DNA from: Auanema rhodensis
Taxonomy: Eukaryota > Animalia > Nematoda
Reading direction: 5' to 3'
Assembly (NCBI GenBank): GCA_964057225.1
Contig: OZ059897.1
Location: forward strand, 13,206,001-13,270,000
Length of the DNA: 64,000 nucleotides
Shown: one piece after another, positions 40,062-53,861 of the stretch
Layout: each line of letters opens with the position of its first letter
How positions within the stretch are numbered: the stretch's first letter is position 1
Made by a program: the position numbers and the translations under genes
The notes under the pieces: model-generated
The model's database searches: none
The model's input: only the letters and a program-made list of their open reading frames with translations
What the model was told of the DNA's origin: nothing

Positions 40062-41795
40062 TATAATTCAAAATATGAAAAGATCGGAGGAAAGAAATTA
40101 CCAATGATGTCCAATTTGTTCCAATTGCAAAATCAGGTATTGATAATCTATTTATTTTTACTATAAATGCCATAGGTAAAGCTGCTATGAATGATATGAT
40201 CCATGATGCAATAATAACAGCATATGCACGTGATAACGTTGAAAAAAGTTGAACCTGGAGAGGATAACTGAAATAAAATTATAATGTTTGTGAATGTATG
40301 AGGAAGTATTTACCATATAGCTAACCAACGTTCGACAGAAAAAGAGCAAATGATTAAAGTAGATGCATAGCTTGTGAATTCAATAAGGAAAGCTCTAGCT
40401 TTACATATAATATTTCCAAACCGGTAAGGATAAGCATAATCTAATACGCCATATAATTCCATAGGTAAACCTTAAAGAAATATATAAATTGTATTTTATA
40501 TTCATAATAAGAATATAATGTTAGTTAGTAAAAAGATATTAAACTATTTAACATACCCAAAACAAGAACAAGAATATCTGATATAGCTAGACTGAACAAA
40601 TAAAAATTTGTTGGATTATGCATAGATCGATTAGCAACAATCACAATACATGTACAGATATTACCAAAAAGTCCAAGTATGAGAATCAGTGAATATATCA
40701 GTATAGTTGGAAGAACTATTGATGTCTGAAAATAAAATAATTAATATAAATTTAATTATATTATATATTACTATATGTATAACTATGTATACCCTAATAT
40801 ATATATTTATTTTATTTATATTTCATGACATATTTTCTTATGTTCTCTCATGTTCATTAGAAATCAGATGAATATTGGTTAAATGTTCTTAACAAATCTT
40901 TCTTTTCTTTTTTTTCTGAATTCTTCTTGAAACTTATTGGATTATTCATCAACAAATTTAATTCCTTCATTGAAAAATGTTGCAAAATCAACTTTTGCAA
41001 GAGGAAGATTGTGTGTTCTTTTGATCTTTCTCACAAATACAAAGACTCAATTAATGTTTTTTCTTTTATTTATAATTCAAGATGAGTATGGTGAGTTAAT
41101 ATAAGTTTTAAGTTTAAACAACGTACATATAACTTATATTTTAAATTTGTATCAATAGTTGATAGTTGTAGAGTTTGGATAAACATATAAACGTTATTAA
41201 AAGAAGATATTGAATGAATTAAAATATAAAGTTTGTAGTGTTTTGGATGTATACACATCAAAAAATAGCCAAATTTGTCTTTATATTCTTAAAAGTTTTC
41301 TGTTTTTTTTTTACAATAAAATTACGATAATTTGATATGAATATGAGGAAAACTATGAAAGAAAATTCTTTTTTTTCTACATTAAATAAAAATATTGATT
41401 TACCAAAACTTATAATACATGAAATGAAATGAATGTTTTAAAAATATCTTGGTATTATAGTTGAATTTGGAAAGAATATTTCTTTATATTTCTCAAAATT
41501 AGTTTGGAAATGCTGCTTCTCTCAGGACTGATATGAGTTTTATGAAATATTCGTCAACGTTGGGTGAAGTTCTCAAATTGACTATAACCTTTTGAGTATT
41601 ATCTTTCAATTTTTTAATATCAAAAAAGTATTTAAATGATATTTGATAGAATTGTCATAAAATTGTAACGAATAACAAAAGATTTTTGAGGAAAAAAATG
41701 GCAGAACATACCGCATGACATCTTTCTCCTAAAGCTGCTACAACATAATTTGTTATATTATTAATTTCATATCGGATTGGCTCACAATCACTCAT
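38938..41795 (-). CDS. Rhodopsin-class neuropeptide GPCR, neuromedin U / CAPA-pyrokinin receptor (nmur) family
   Basis: Spliced product has GLFGNICTCIVI, MHNPTNFYLFSLAISDIL, GLPMELY, YPYRFGNIICK, FSVERWLAI, FFLCWLPFHLQRL, NSACNPILYNLLSEKYRRAF; ATG 41795 sits directly after a TTTTTAG acceptor; ends ...KMLKPVHV*. Confidence 0.92.
40005..40058. repeat. (AT)n microsatellite in GPCR intron
   Basis: Uninterrupted AT run of ~50 bp. Confidence 0.95.
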
Positions 41796-43849
41796 CTAAA
41801 AAAAAGGATTTGAGTAAAAAAGAAAGCTTGAACTTGAAAAAAACAGAGATGTGTGGCATGGATACGAAGAAATATTCAATTAGGTTGAGACAACAAGAAG
41901 ATTTCAAAGTATTGACAAACATATTCGGAATTCCCACATAAAAAACGATTAAAGGTATTGAAAGCTAGGAAAATGGTCTTGGAAATAAAAACATTTTTTT
42001 GTGATCGACTTGATATGCTGAGCTTAAAGATATAGCAACAATGCCGTTTGGAAAGACTTAGATCGAAAAGAACGACGAGATCTCGGTGGGATGGATGGTG
42101 ACGAGAAGGGGGGGGGGTTCCGTGGATAACAAATAAGATTTTAAAAAGAAATTCGAGAATTTGTAAACTAATCATAGATGTAGTAACAGAATAATTCAGG
42201 GGTAATAGCAAATTCTCTGCTATTTTGGTGTGGAAATACGTCTTCATTGACAATATGTCATGGCATATGACGTTGCTTAAGTTGGAATGAGGAAAATTAG
42301 TAGGATTTTTAAATAAAAGATATAGAAGAGAACTAAGCATGTATGTATATATAGATATAGATATATTTATATTTATATATTTTTATATTTAAATAAATAT
42401 ATAATATAATAATCAAAATACAAGAAAAAAAATTTGATTCAAAATATAAAAAGTTCAAGAAATTTGAGATACGGGTGAGATCATAACATAAGAACTTCAG
42501 GTCAGAAATATGAGACTGATATACAGTATAAATATTTATGTGATTCATTTGTACTTAATATATAAAAATAAAATATTTTAATAAATATTTAAAATTCTAA
42601 TAATATTATATTTAACTATATGTATGTATCATTGAGTCAGTCATTTATATTATTTCATTACTTATATACATATGTATAGTATATATGTATATTTAATAAT
42701 TTATATATCTTTTTAAATTTTAATTATTCATTTAGTGAAATTTGATAAAATAATTTGAAATATCCTATTTTATAAACAAATGTGAATGACATAGTGAATG
42801 GATACAACAATGGGTAACAGAAGCTGTTGTTTCCGAGAATAGTGAGTGAAAAAAAGTGGAAATTGTCATTGTACAACATTGACTAAAAGAAAAAAAAAGT
42901 AAATAGATAATCAATTCACATATAATTTATAAATTAATTTGTTTATAATAAAATAATAAATAAATTATAGATTAAAAAATGAGTCAAAATAAACTTCTTT
43001 TAATAATAATAATATATGTGTGAATACATGTATATTATCTTCAAAATTAATACAGTATTCCATTTAGGGAGTAGTATATTTGAAATGCTTAATGGAATAA
43101 TCTTAAAGAATATTTATATAAAGTGCATTCATATCTCTTTTTCATAGTTTGTTTTGAGATTTTAATAATTTTTATGTTAAATGAACAGGAAACTTCCTCA
43201 ATTTACGCTTTTCGTATGTCTTTGTGTCAAAACACGCTTCTCTATTTTTCCTTGTTTTCTGTTTTTTTTCTGAATTAAAGAGATTAAAATTGATTTTTTC
43301 CGATTTACGTTGACAACTTTAGAAATATTCCAAGTAGTGTATGTGTGTGAAATGAATACAATTTAGTTTTAAAAAATCTAGAGTGTATGAGAAAAAAGAT
43401 TAAACACTATCAAAGAAAAAAAAATTTTTTTTTTTTGAGTTTTTTTCATGCTATTGCAAAAAGTTGCAAATTCTCTTTCAATATAATTAACATACATACA
43501 TATGTATATTCAAAAAAAGTGATATTGTATTATTTGGTTTTATTTGCAAAAAAAAAGAAAAGACGGTTTTTTTGGAAGAATCATTAAAAAATTTGATGAT
43601 TAACGTTGAAAAGAGTTATATGAAATGAAAGGAAAGGCGACAGATAAATGATCTCATTTCATGATGATGATGATGATGATGATGAGATGAATTGTGAGTT
43701 AGTATGTTTATTCATTTAAAAGATTTCATAGAATTTGCTGCCTTAGGCTTAGAAAATGTTTCTTTTTAGAGTAAAATTTCTTAAATAATAGATTTAACAC
43801 TCGTGATGTGAAAGTGAATTTTGGACACAGTTAAAGCTGACCAATGAGA

Positions 43850-45193
43850 GTAAAATGAATGGTGAACCAAATACGAAACTCAGCTGTGTTCGCATATTGA
43901 ATATCAAAGTTACAGGCATTGAGAGCTATCAAACAAGGATATATTCAGCTATCAATCTAATTGAAACATGGTATGAAATAGCTGAAAAATGCTATCCGAA
44001 CTACTCATTTGGTTCTATTTGACCCATATATAAACAGCATTTGAATGATAAAGAGCTTGACTATACTTGACATGAACTAATCTGAACCCTGATTCTTATA
44101 GAACTTTGAGGGAATCAGAACTCAAGAAAACATGAATCTTCCATATATAATCCATATAATATTATTCAAACATAAGTGAAACAACATAAAATTCATAATA
44201 AGTAGAAGTAGAAGATGATGAGAAGATGAGAACTATGAATATATTACATAATATTACAGATCTTATATCTTCATAAAACTTATTGAGAAAAAATGATTTC
44301 ATTATATGACGTTTGATGATCTGAAATCAAAAATGTATTTTGATTTTCGTTTTTAGAGAATAGTTGGAGGGTTTGAATGAGATGCGTTAATACTGGGGTT
44401 GCACTTACATCATCATTTTCATCTAAAATTCTAGTAAGTATCAAAAAACTGTAGAAAGTGTTGACATGCACTGAAATAGAATATTTCAAATGATGATTGA
44501 TGTCAGCTTAAAGCTTTTCCCGACAACAGGATAAAGCTATGATTGATGATGTTGTTATATCAACGAGTCATAACATCTTTGAACACTATCTTAAAGGAAA
44601 GCGAGAAATGTTGAATATGAATGAACTGAACAAGTAAGTAAGCAATCATATATTTGATCTTCATAAGTTCTTTCAAACAATGACCTTATATAGTAAAATA
44701 TGAGGACATAATATATAATATATAATAAAGAAGTATGATTTCAACTAATAGGCAAGTGAACATAAGTCTGCAATCACAGGAAGCGCAGCTCAAGCTGTTC
44801 GAAGATGATGAAACATGGGATGTAAGAATTTTGCTTATTAAAGTTAAAAACAACTTTCAAGGAAGGTATTCAGATATTTGCAATAATCATTATAGGATAA
44901 AGGACACATTCTACTACTGAAAACGAACCCGGAGGCTTTGAATATCTAAAAACAACACATGCAAGCATGTATATATATAGACGTTGAACTGCAAAAAGAT
45001 GCTAGAAGAGCAGAATTTTGAATGTAGTTGTGTGCAGAGTAAGTTATCGAAACAAGAAGAGAAGAATGCTTCAGATTGCAGCTTGAATAGGAATCTAAAA
45101 TATAAAAATAATGAATGGTGTGAAGATGAAAGTCAAGAGATAATGCAACGCACCATTTTTTCCCCAAAAAAGAAATCGAAAATTACATTTTAG
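43850..45193 (+). pseudogene. Possible orphan gene or pseudogene
   Basis: Exon-like blocks with GTAAG donors (44633, 44822) and AG acceptors (QVNISLQSQEAQLKLFEDDETWD; TLNCKKMLEEQ...SPKKKSKITF*), but stops and frameshifts prevent a continuous model. Confidence 0.3.
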
Positions 45194-46343
45194 TTCGGGA
45201 GCACACAATACGTTCGTAAGTACTTAGGATAAGAGTAGTACAAAATAGGAGCGAGATGATTTTCTTAAGAAATTTAAAACTTTTTTTTCAAACCGAATAT
45301 TCAATCATGGCAGTTATTCAAAAAGATATAAAGTTGTTTGTGAACTAAAAATTGTCAAATTTGTTGATATTTCAAGTGTGTTATAGATGTTTGAAGAAAG
45401 TAAAATTGAAAAGGGAAGTTTTAAATTGAATTTTTAAAAGAAAAAGTTTTAGATACATCTTAATATATTAATATTATACATACATAAGTATATATATATA
45501 TATATTAATATGTTGTAAGTATTCAGATTAAATAACCAAATATCATAGTTCAGGAAGGATTAGGAACTTCTAAAAGGTGACAGGATCACAAATTGTACAC
45601 AATGAAGAACTCATTTATAGAGATTCATTGCGATGAGACTTTCTTCCTCAACACTGTTCAGCTAATTCTCTCTCTCTCTCTCTTTCTTCTCTTCTCTTAC
45701 TCTCTCTCTCTCTCTATCTTTCACTCTCTTTTTTATCCTTCTATTTAATTGTTTCTCGTGTTATGTGTGGGATGACTGAGAAGAAATGAATATTTTATTA
45801 AAAATTTTAAAAATCATTTTCATCATATACTTTGCATTTAATACTTAATTAGTTGTTTTGTACTTTATTAAAAATTCTTCTGACTACCGTATCATACAAG
45901 AATTTTTATTACATTATGTATTTCATATAGTTAAAGATATATAAAATATAATATTATATATATATGTATATATATTTAGTTATATACATTCATGCAACAT
46001 AAAACTTTTTTTTTCAATTCAAATTCATAGAAAAAAGAAAAAGAAATGTCATCGTGCCTTCTCTATTCACAATATTTTAATTAAAATTTGTAAAAAGAGC
46101 AGAAATCACGTGTATTATATATGAATGTATAGTTAGTAAATCAACAAAATTATATTTTATATTGTTATTTATACAGATATGTATGTGTATATCCATATGT
46201 ATATGAAGAAATTCAAAAAAATAAATAAAGTTTTGAGTTTGAAAATAGAAATTCGGAAATGATGTAACCGAAGTAAAACACTTTTTTTTGCTTTATCTAA
46301 ACATATATTTGCTAGGATGTGCATTCAAAAAAGATAGAAAAAG

Positions 46344-46369
46344 TGAGAGAGAGAGAGAGAGAGAGAGAG
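46344..46369. repeat. (GA)n microsatellite
   Basis: gagagagagagagagagagagagag. Confidence 0.9.
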
Positions 46370-47480
46370 TGAGTTGAAATGAAGAGAGAGTTTAAAAAAC
46401 AATCAAAATCAGTATTTGCAAGAAACAAAAAAAAGAATCATTTATGCTTATGTCTCAATCTAATTGTGGTCATCCTATTTGAATATAGGTTGATCACTGG
46501 AGCAACTAAAACAAAAAGTTAATTTCCGTGTTATATTAAACCATACAAACATAAATGGAGTCTATTCTTATGTTATATGAACAAATATTAAATTTGTATA
46601 AAGTAATAGTAAACTTGGAATAAGAAGAACTTTTTTGAAAGTTAAAAGAAAAAAAAATGAAATTTTACAATTTAAAGGGAAGAAAACAAAATATTTGAAT
46701 ATACAACGATATCATCATTATATTTCTGATATATCAATGTATATGTATATGTACATATATGAATATACATATAGTAATATAGATAATATGAAAAATAATG
46801 AATAAAATAAGAATTTCTTATATTTTTGTAAACACATATGAACTTTAACGAAGAAACACTAGCACTTTCAACTCAAAATCAATAGAGATTGAAGAACAAA
46901 AATCTTTTCAGAAACAATGATTATGTGAATATATTGTTTATTATACAATAAATATGAAAGAAAAAATAAAAATATTCATAAATCTACAAAAGAAAAAGAA
47001 AATTATCTGTATGTTACAGTAGATTTTTTAAAAAAATTATCATATCGTATATAGTAAATATTAATACAAATAATTAACTTAAGTTCTATTATGTCAGCAA
47101 CCGATTATGGAGAGTTTAACATTGGTAATACCTTTTGACAACTGAATAGGTAAAAACTTGGCTTCTTTTTAAAGTTATGTATGAAGTCAGAGGATGGCCC
47201 ATGTGTCTCTGGATAGTAGAGGGTGGGCAGATCTTCAAGGTGTCCAATATCCAACTTCGAATTCAGGCATATATTCATGCGAAGATTCATTCGAAGAAAA
47301 GAAGGAAATTGAATTTTACTCAACATATGCATATGTTCAAGGAAATGAAACTACAGATTTCCGGAAAAGCTTCTTACTGACATCGTGCTCTTTGAATTGT
47401 TTATTTAGTTTATTCAAACATAATTATATTCATTTGTATAAAGTTATCAATCTGACAAAGAGAGATAACTCTTTATCAAC

Positions 47481-47485
<5 letters not shown>

Positions 47486-47567
<82 letters not shown>

Positions 47568-47581
47568 TCTCCCTCTCTCTT
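47486..47581. repeat. (CT)n microsatellite ~95 bp, upstream of EFCAB7
   Basis: Long CT run with two CCC interruptions at the 3' end. Confidence 0.95.
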
Positions 47582-47698
47582 CATATATAACCCTATACGT
47601 ATTCACACATTTTCATATGTTAAAGGAAATGTAGTATATCTGATTAATATTAAATTATCTCTGACCAGCGGTAATTGCGAAGGATGGTCAGAGAACTG

Positions 47699-47712
47699 GT
47701 CGCCTTAGCAAC
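47699..47712 (+). promoter_or_regulatory. X-box (RFX/DAF-19 site) GTCGCCTTAGCAAC
   Basis: Exact match to GTNRCC-N2-RGYAAC, ~270 bp upstream of the ATG of a cilia-associated gene, inside a small GC-richer island. Confidence 0.75.
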
Positions 47713-47980
47713 CGAAATGAACGCAACCCAAGGAAAATGTTAATGGTCCTTCTCTTCACATATATTGATTTCTTTTTCATTTTTTTCCTGTATAAATACG
47801 TTCATTGTCCTCAAAAATTTGTGTAAAATTACATTCTTTCCTATAAAGTTATGAATAAATTGAGAAATTTCTCAAATAATATTGCTCGCATATTCAATTC
47901 GAATTCATCTCTCAAAGTATGCTTTCGTATACTACAGATGTGTATGTCAATTTTTCTCATTTACAGGTAGTTTTGCTATA

Positions 47981-49092
47981 ATGGATGAGCATTTTGAATT
48001 ATCGAGAAAAGATTTTCGATATGTCTATCGTCATTTAACATCAGATCTTCCTAAATTATTGAGTGAAAAGGATCCAAAAGTAGATATTCAAATGATGGCA
48101 AGAATTCTTTCATGTTGTGGCAAAAACCTAATTATTGATCGGCTTACTTATTTTTGGCCAGAAGCTCAAGGTAAAAGAAATTAACTTCAAAGAATAAATT
48201 CGATTGAGTTGTAAGTCCCTTAAAATCTCTGTTATCTATAAAGTGAAAAGGAGATGAAGAAGGATATTGAAATTCGAAAAAAAATATTAGGAGAGAGGGA
48301 AAAGGAGAGGAAGAGATAGGGTATGTATGAGGCTGATCGTAAAATTTAAATTTTGGAACAAATTGAAATAATGTAGAATGTTGGAACAAAAAAACGAATT
48401 TCAAGATTTTAAGGATTCATTACGTTTTTTGGTTCACTAGGATTGCGTAGTATCCCAATAGAATGAACATAAAATCTAAAAAGAGATGTTATATTGAGAG
48501 ATGTTTCAAATTGAGGAAAAATATTTTTTTTATTAATGAAAAAGAAACTTTTTTTTCGATTAAATTTTTTTTTGTTAAAAAAAAAACAAAACTAGAAAGT
48601 AAAACAAAAATAAGAAGAAATGATGAAGAAAAACTAAAAACCGATTCTTTTTAGATTATATTTCAATAGATCAAGCATACAGTCTCTATCTTCGTTATGA
48701 TTCTCCTCCACTTGTAGTGGAGTTAACAAAAGAAGATGAAGATGTTTTTAAAAGGATAAAGCCTGAATTGATATTTGAATGTTTAGTAAGTTTTGTTTTA
48801 TCTATTCTTAAAATAGTTACTGCTATTTAATTATTAAAACTTGAAATTGATCAAGTTTCATTGCTATGAATAAGTTTTTATATTGAATATCAAGCTAAAT
48901 TAGAAGAAAAAAACCATATTTTTGCTGTTGAGAAGAAGTAAGTGAACGCTTCAATACTTTCAAAAAAATTCGTTATTTTCACTAAAGTCTAACAACTGAA
49001 ATATTCATAAACAACTCAAAGAAAAGCAAGTACAAAGTTGCTAAAACTTGCTAAATATTTGTGTATCTATATACATATAGTAATAATAAGAG

Positions 49093-49141
<49 letters not shown>

Positions 49142-51755
49142 ATAGTATAACACATATTTTAACAAACAATAATGTCAAAAAATGTTAAAATAATTTTAGA
49201 GAAACTCAGGATTTGGCGACTCCATTCCAGGTATTCAGCAATATTTGTATGAAAAAAATTTGTTGAATCGCGACCATTTTGACGTATCAGCAGTGAGTTT
49301 TACTAATTGTTCAAAACGAAATTTTAATAAATTAAAAACAATCACTACAAATATGAAAAAAAAAGAAAATAGAGAGATAGTAGAAGCAAATAATGGAGAA
49401 ATGGAGCAAAGAGGTGGGAGAGATTGAGAGAAACAAAAGGAAGGCGTACAACCGTTCACAGGGTTTTACTAAGGAAAAATAAAAAAAGACATCGACGTGA
49501 AAAAATTCACGTGAATTGCATTTATTAGTAAGATTTCTCATCTACATAGATAAGTATTTGGAAAAAAAATCTTTTTTTTTTCATCTTAAAAAATAAAAGA
49601 AGTAGAATTCATTTATAAGAATGAAGACATCAATCGTGTTTTTAAAATCTTAAAAATGTTCGAAAAAATAGAAAACTTGATGAATTCGTTCTATTGCATC
49701 ATAATTCATGCTTTCTAAAAGAATTTTGTACTTAAACTTATAAATAATTTAGTTGAAAATTTAAAATTATATGTATAAGCATGCTACCTTTATAAAACTA
49801 TTTTCTTTTGTTAAAATTTGAAGAAAATATTAAAACAGAACTTCAAAAGTTATTATATTTCAATATATATCTATATATATATATATATATAAACAATATC
49901 TTAATAAATATACGAATAATTATTTTTTGAAAGAATTTTACATACATATATGGCTGAATAATCTAATTTTTGTTTCAGTTTTTACAACAAGCACAACAAA
50001 CTCGTCTAGAACTTTTGAAAGATATTCTAAGATCAAGAAGTATGTTATATTATATTTTAAAGAACAAAAATTAAATAATAACGAAAGTATAATTTTATAA
50101 GAAAAATAATTTTTATATTTAGGCCGTGAGAATAGTCCCATAGTGAGAACAAAAGATCAAATTCTAAACATGCGAAAGGTAAAACGATGATTTACTCAAA
50201 AACGCTGCTTTTATTTGAAAATTTTTAAGGCTTTTGGGTTTTTCATAACAACTCCAAACTTGGTTTCTGTTCAAATAACTGTTCAAACAAAAAAAATAAT
50301 TAGAGGAAACGTTTCATTGAGGCTGGGAAGAAATTGTATGATGAGTTTACACATATGCATACATGTGTATCTGTTTGTTTGATTGAAATTTTTGTCATCT
50401 TGTAGCTGATATGATTTTCACTCAAGGAAAACATCCATATGATTATGATGTAATAGCTTTAGTTGTATCAGAAACTGATGAATTGCTTGGAATTACACGA
50501 ACTATTTTAGAAAATGAGGTTTGAGATGAAGCATAAAACATATGAAAAATTAATGAAACTTAAGACATACTCCACTGATGAAATTAACCTTGAGCCCAAC
50601 TGTAAAATTATTGTTTTGAGCTTGGGGACAACTTTGATTCCTCGAAGGCGTGGTGCTTCAGCTGAACTTCACAACGAAAATGGACGACTGACAAAGAATT
50701 TCAAGTATATCCGGAACTTTCATCGAAATAGAATAAAGTAAAAAGTGATTTTCAGAATGGTTTTGATGAATATTTTTGATTTTTTCGATTTCGATGGAAA
50801 CGGATTGTTGTGCTACGAAGAATTTAACACTTTTTTGTCGGTTTCAGGAGATGAAACAATGAAAAGCCAGCAGGTTTTTAGCTAAATCATCTTTTAGTAT
50901 AATATACTTCAAATAATTTAAGGATTGGAATGATATTTTAGAAATGTTTGATTCAAGAGATAATAGTTTAACAGTTGCTGGATTCATTGAGCTACAACAG
51001 GTAGACGTTTTCATTTTTTGAATCTTGTTTTTGTTTTTAGATGGAATTCAATGTTGGAGAAGAAAATGCTATTGCTGATACCTATACATCACTTCGACAT
51101 CTTGGGTATACTGAAGATTTAAAGCTTTTACATGTAAAATAATTTTTATTTAAAATTTTTAACTATTTCATTAATATTTAATAGGGATGTCCATACATTA
51201 TTGAAGTTTCTTCAAGAGATTCCTTTGAACTTGAAGCAAAAGCTGTAGGCCTTGATATGACAGACCGAAATAAGATTTTACGTTTAATTCATCAGTCAGT
51301 TTTAAGAAATAAGACTTTTTCACATTAAAAAATAATTTTTAAAAAGATTTTTCTTTTAAGGTTGGGAACATTAGATAGCCGTTCCGAATTACCATTACGA
51401 GTTCTTCAAACATCCTATTTTGGAATGGGAGTTGTGAAAAGAGATGATGTAAGAAAAGATTTTTGTAAAATTTAAATTTTAAAAATTATTTTCTTTTTTC
51501 AGTTAGTAGAAAATGATTTATATGAAATTATTGTTGATCGTGAACATAATGTTAAATTATCTTTCATCGAAGGTAAACATGATATTAGACCTTTGAATAG
51601 TACAACAGATTGGGTATATAAGAAGATATATTTCTTTTTAAATAATTTTTTATATATTTTAGGTTTTATTTCTAGCTTATTCTATAACAGAAGAAGATTA
51701 TACAATTGATTTTTATGTTCGAAAACAATCACCTGATTCAACGGGTAAAAGCTGA
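47981..51755 (+). CDS. EFCAB7: EF-hand calcium-binding domain protein 7 orthologue, multi-exon
   Basis: Spliced product GRLTKNFKMVLMNIFDFFDFDGNGLLCYEEFNTF...WNDILEMFDSRDNSLTVAGFIELQQMEFN...TSLRHLGYTEDLKLLHGCPYIIEV parallels the EFCAB7 C-terminal EF-hand region as I recall it; exon phases consistent to stop TGA 51753-51755. Confidence 0.85.
49096..49141. repeat. (AT)n(GT)n compound microsatellite in intron
   Basis: AT run followed by GT run. Confidence 0.9.
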
Positions 51756-52225
51756 TTCAAGAATGTGGTTACGATGAGAAGTACATAAACATTTTCATTT
51801 TAATATAAAATAATAATTTTAAAAATATTTTAATAAATACATATAATATATACATATTTATTATATTAATTATATAAGAAAAGTTCTTATAAAATAAAGT
51901 TAATAAAAGTATTTTATTATGCGAACCAACAGTACCCGATATAAACTAAATACAATAATGATTTTCTTTCAAATATTGAAAAATGTTTTTATGAAAATAT
52001 AATTAAAGCAATAGTCAGCAGGCAAAATACATCATGATTTCAACAAAAAAATATTGGAAAAAATGAGAAAAGGATTTTGAGATTCAGGAAGTAGATCTGA
52101 AATTCAGTTTCAGACCCGACCAAGAACCTGTTGAGGTTTCAAGAGAGTCAGATTATGAAAAACTCTTCTGAAATGCTTGTCCTCCCGTGAAAGCATATTT
52201 GGCTATTAAATTTTCAAACTCTTGA

Positions 52226-53861
52226 CTATAAATCAGTAAGAGGTACAGCATTACCATTAGAGCGCTGAACACTTGATTCAGTGAAGAATTTCGATTTTCC
52301 TGGTCGAACATTACGGAATAATATGAAACAAACGATAGTTAATTCAAATGTTATAGCAACATTATGCCAAACTGAAAGAAAATTTTTAAATTTTCAATGA
52401 TATTTCTTTAAAATTTCATTTTTCTCTGAAATATTAATTTACTTACATCGACTAATCATGGATGGAGGAGCAATTGATAATCCACCCATTCCACCATTTT
52501 TTGCTATGAGATCAAGAATGAATTTTTGAAAAGTGAATAACATTTGAGATATATCTACACATCGAAATATGACAAACATATTATATTCAACTAAATGATC
52601 CTAAAATTTCAAATTAAAAACTAATTTTTAATTGAAGAAAGTTGTTTTACCCTTGTAGCTGTAACTAGTACATGACATATGAAAACAGCAATTAAAGTTG
52701 AAGCAACTCCAGCACCATTTAAAACTTGAATAGTTCTAAATTTAATATATTATATAAAAATTTTTAGTTATATATCTATTATATAATGAGCAACTTACGT
52801 TCCAGCATCCCGTACTCCTTCCAATGTTATTATAACTATAACAATCTGAAGAAATGTACGAACCATAGGACTTTGCTTAACTAAATATGATAAATAACGA
52901 AGTCTTCTCCTGCAAAAATTGAGTAATATTTGGAATTATTGTGCAATTATGCTCACGGAGTAGGTCTCATTGGGGGCAAACAATGGCAGCAGCAACAGTA
53001 CGGACGAACGTCAAAATTGAAAACCTGGAATGAGAACAGAGATGACTCACTGTTTGGATAATTAGTTTTGTAATTTTTAACTTTATTAGTTTATAGAGAG
53101 ATTTTATCATTGAATTATATATAATTTTAATATAATTTATTCTTATTTGGTTTATAGTTTTATTTTTTTTTTCTTGAATTACCTTTTCATTTAAAATTAA
53201 CCAATCACACATTTGTTTTCGAGTTCCGAATAATCGTACTATTAACACCATACTTATATGCAGACACATCATAAGGTATCTGAATAATATAAATAAAATT
53301 TATTTTTATCATCAAGTTTGGAAAAAATGCTGCAAAAATGTTGCAACTTACACCAATCCAACAGCATACAAGAATGCTGCGGCTCGTGGAATAATGTTTC
53401 CAATAAGACATACTATAGATACAAACTATAAAATGATTATATCTATTTATATAATTATTAAATATATTTAGATTACCAATGGCATCCAAACAATGTAATA
53501 TAGATCTCCCTGAAAGTGTTCATTTGGTACACAATAATGAACTACAAAAACAATTCGAGCTGTCATCAATGCTATTGACAAAACTAAGATACAGCTAATG
53601 GCTATGAATACTATATACACAGCCGGCAATGCTGAAATTAATAATAATCAATCTTATATTTTAGAAATTATTATACAAATATAGTTTATACTATGTAGTA
53701 TAAATACATATATATATATATATATAAAGATTTATTTATATTATTATTTATGTTTTTAATAATTTTTTTTTGAAGAAAAAAAAAGAAGAAAAAATTAACT
53801 TACTTCGATAATAATAATCAAAAGTATAAATTTCTTCAATATAACTTATATGTCCAGACAT
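52226..53861 (-). CDS. Organic solute transporter alpha-like (OST-alpha / osta family) membrane protein, ~9 exons
   Basis: Spliced: LYYIVWMPLFVSIVCLIGNIIPRAAAFLYAVGLVYLMMCL...DVRPYCCCCHCLPPMRPTPRRLRYLSYLVKQSPMVR...FTFQKFILDL...FWHNVAITFEL; poly-Cys loop and QxPxxR are family hallmarks. Confidence 0.88.

Noticed and set aside
47194-47634. 146 aa ORF with SL repeats (also the YI-repeat ORFs at 39951-40173)
   Set aside because: Artefacts of (CT)n and (AT)n microsatellites
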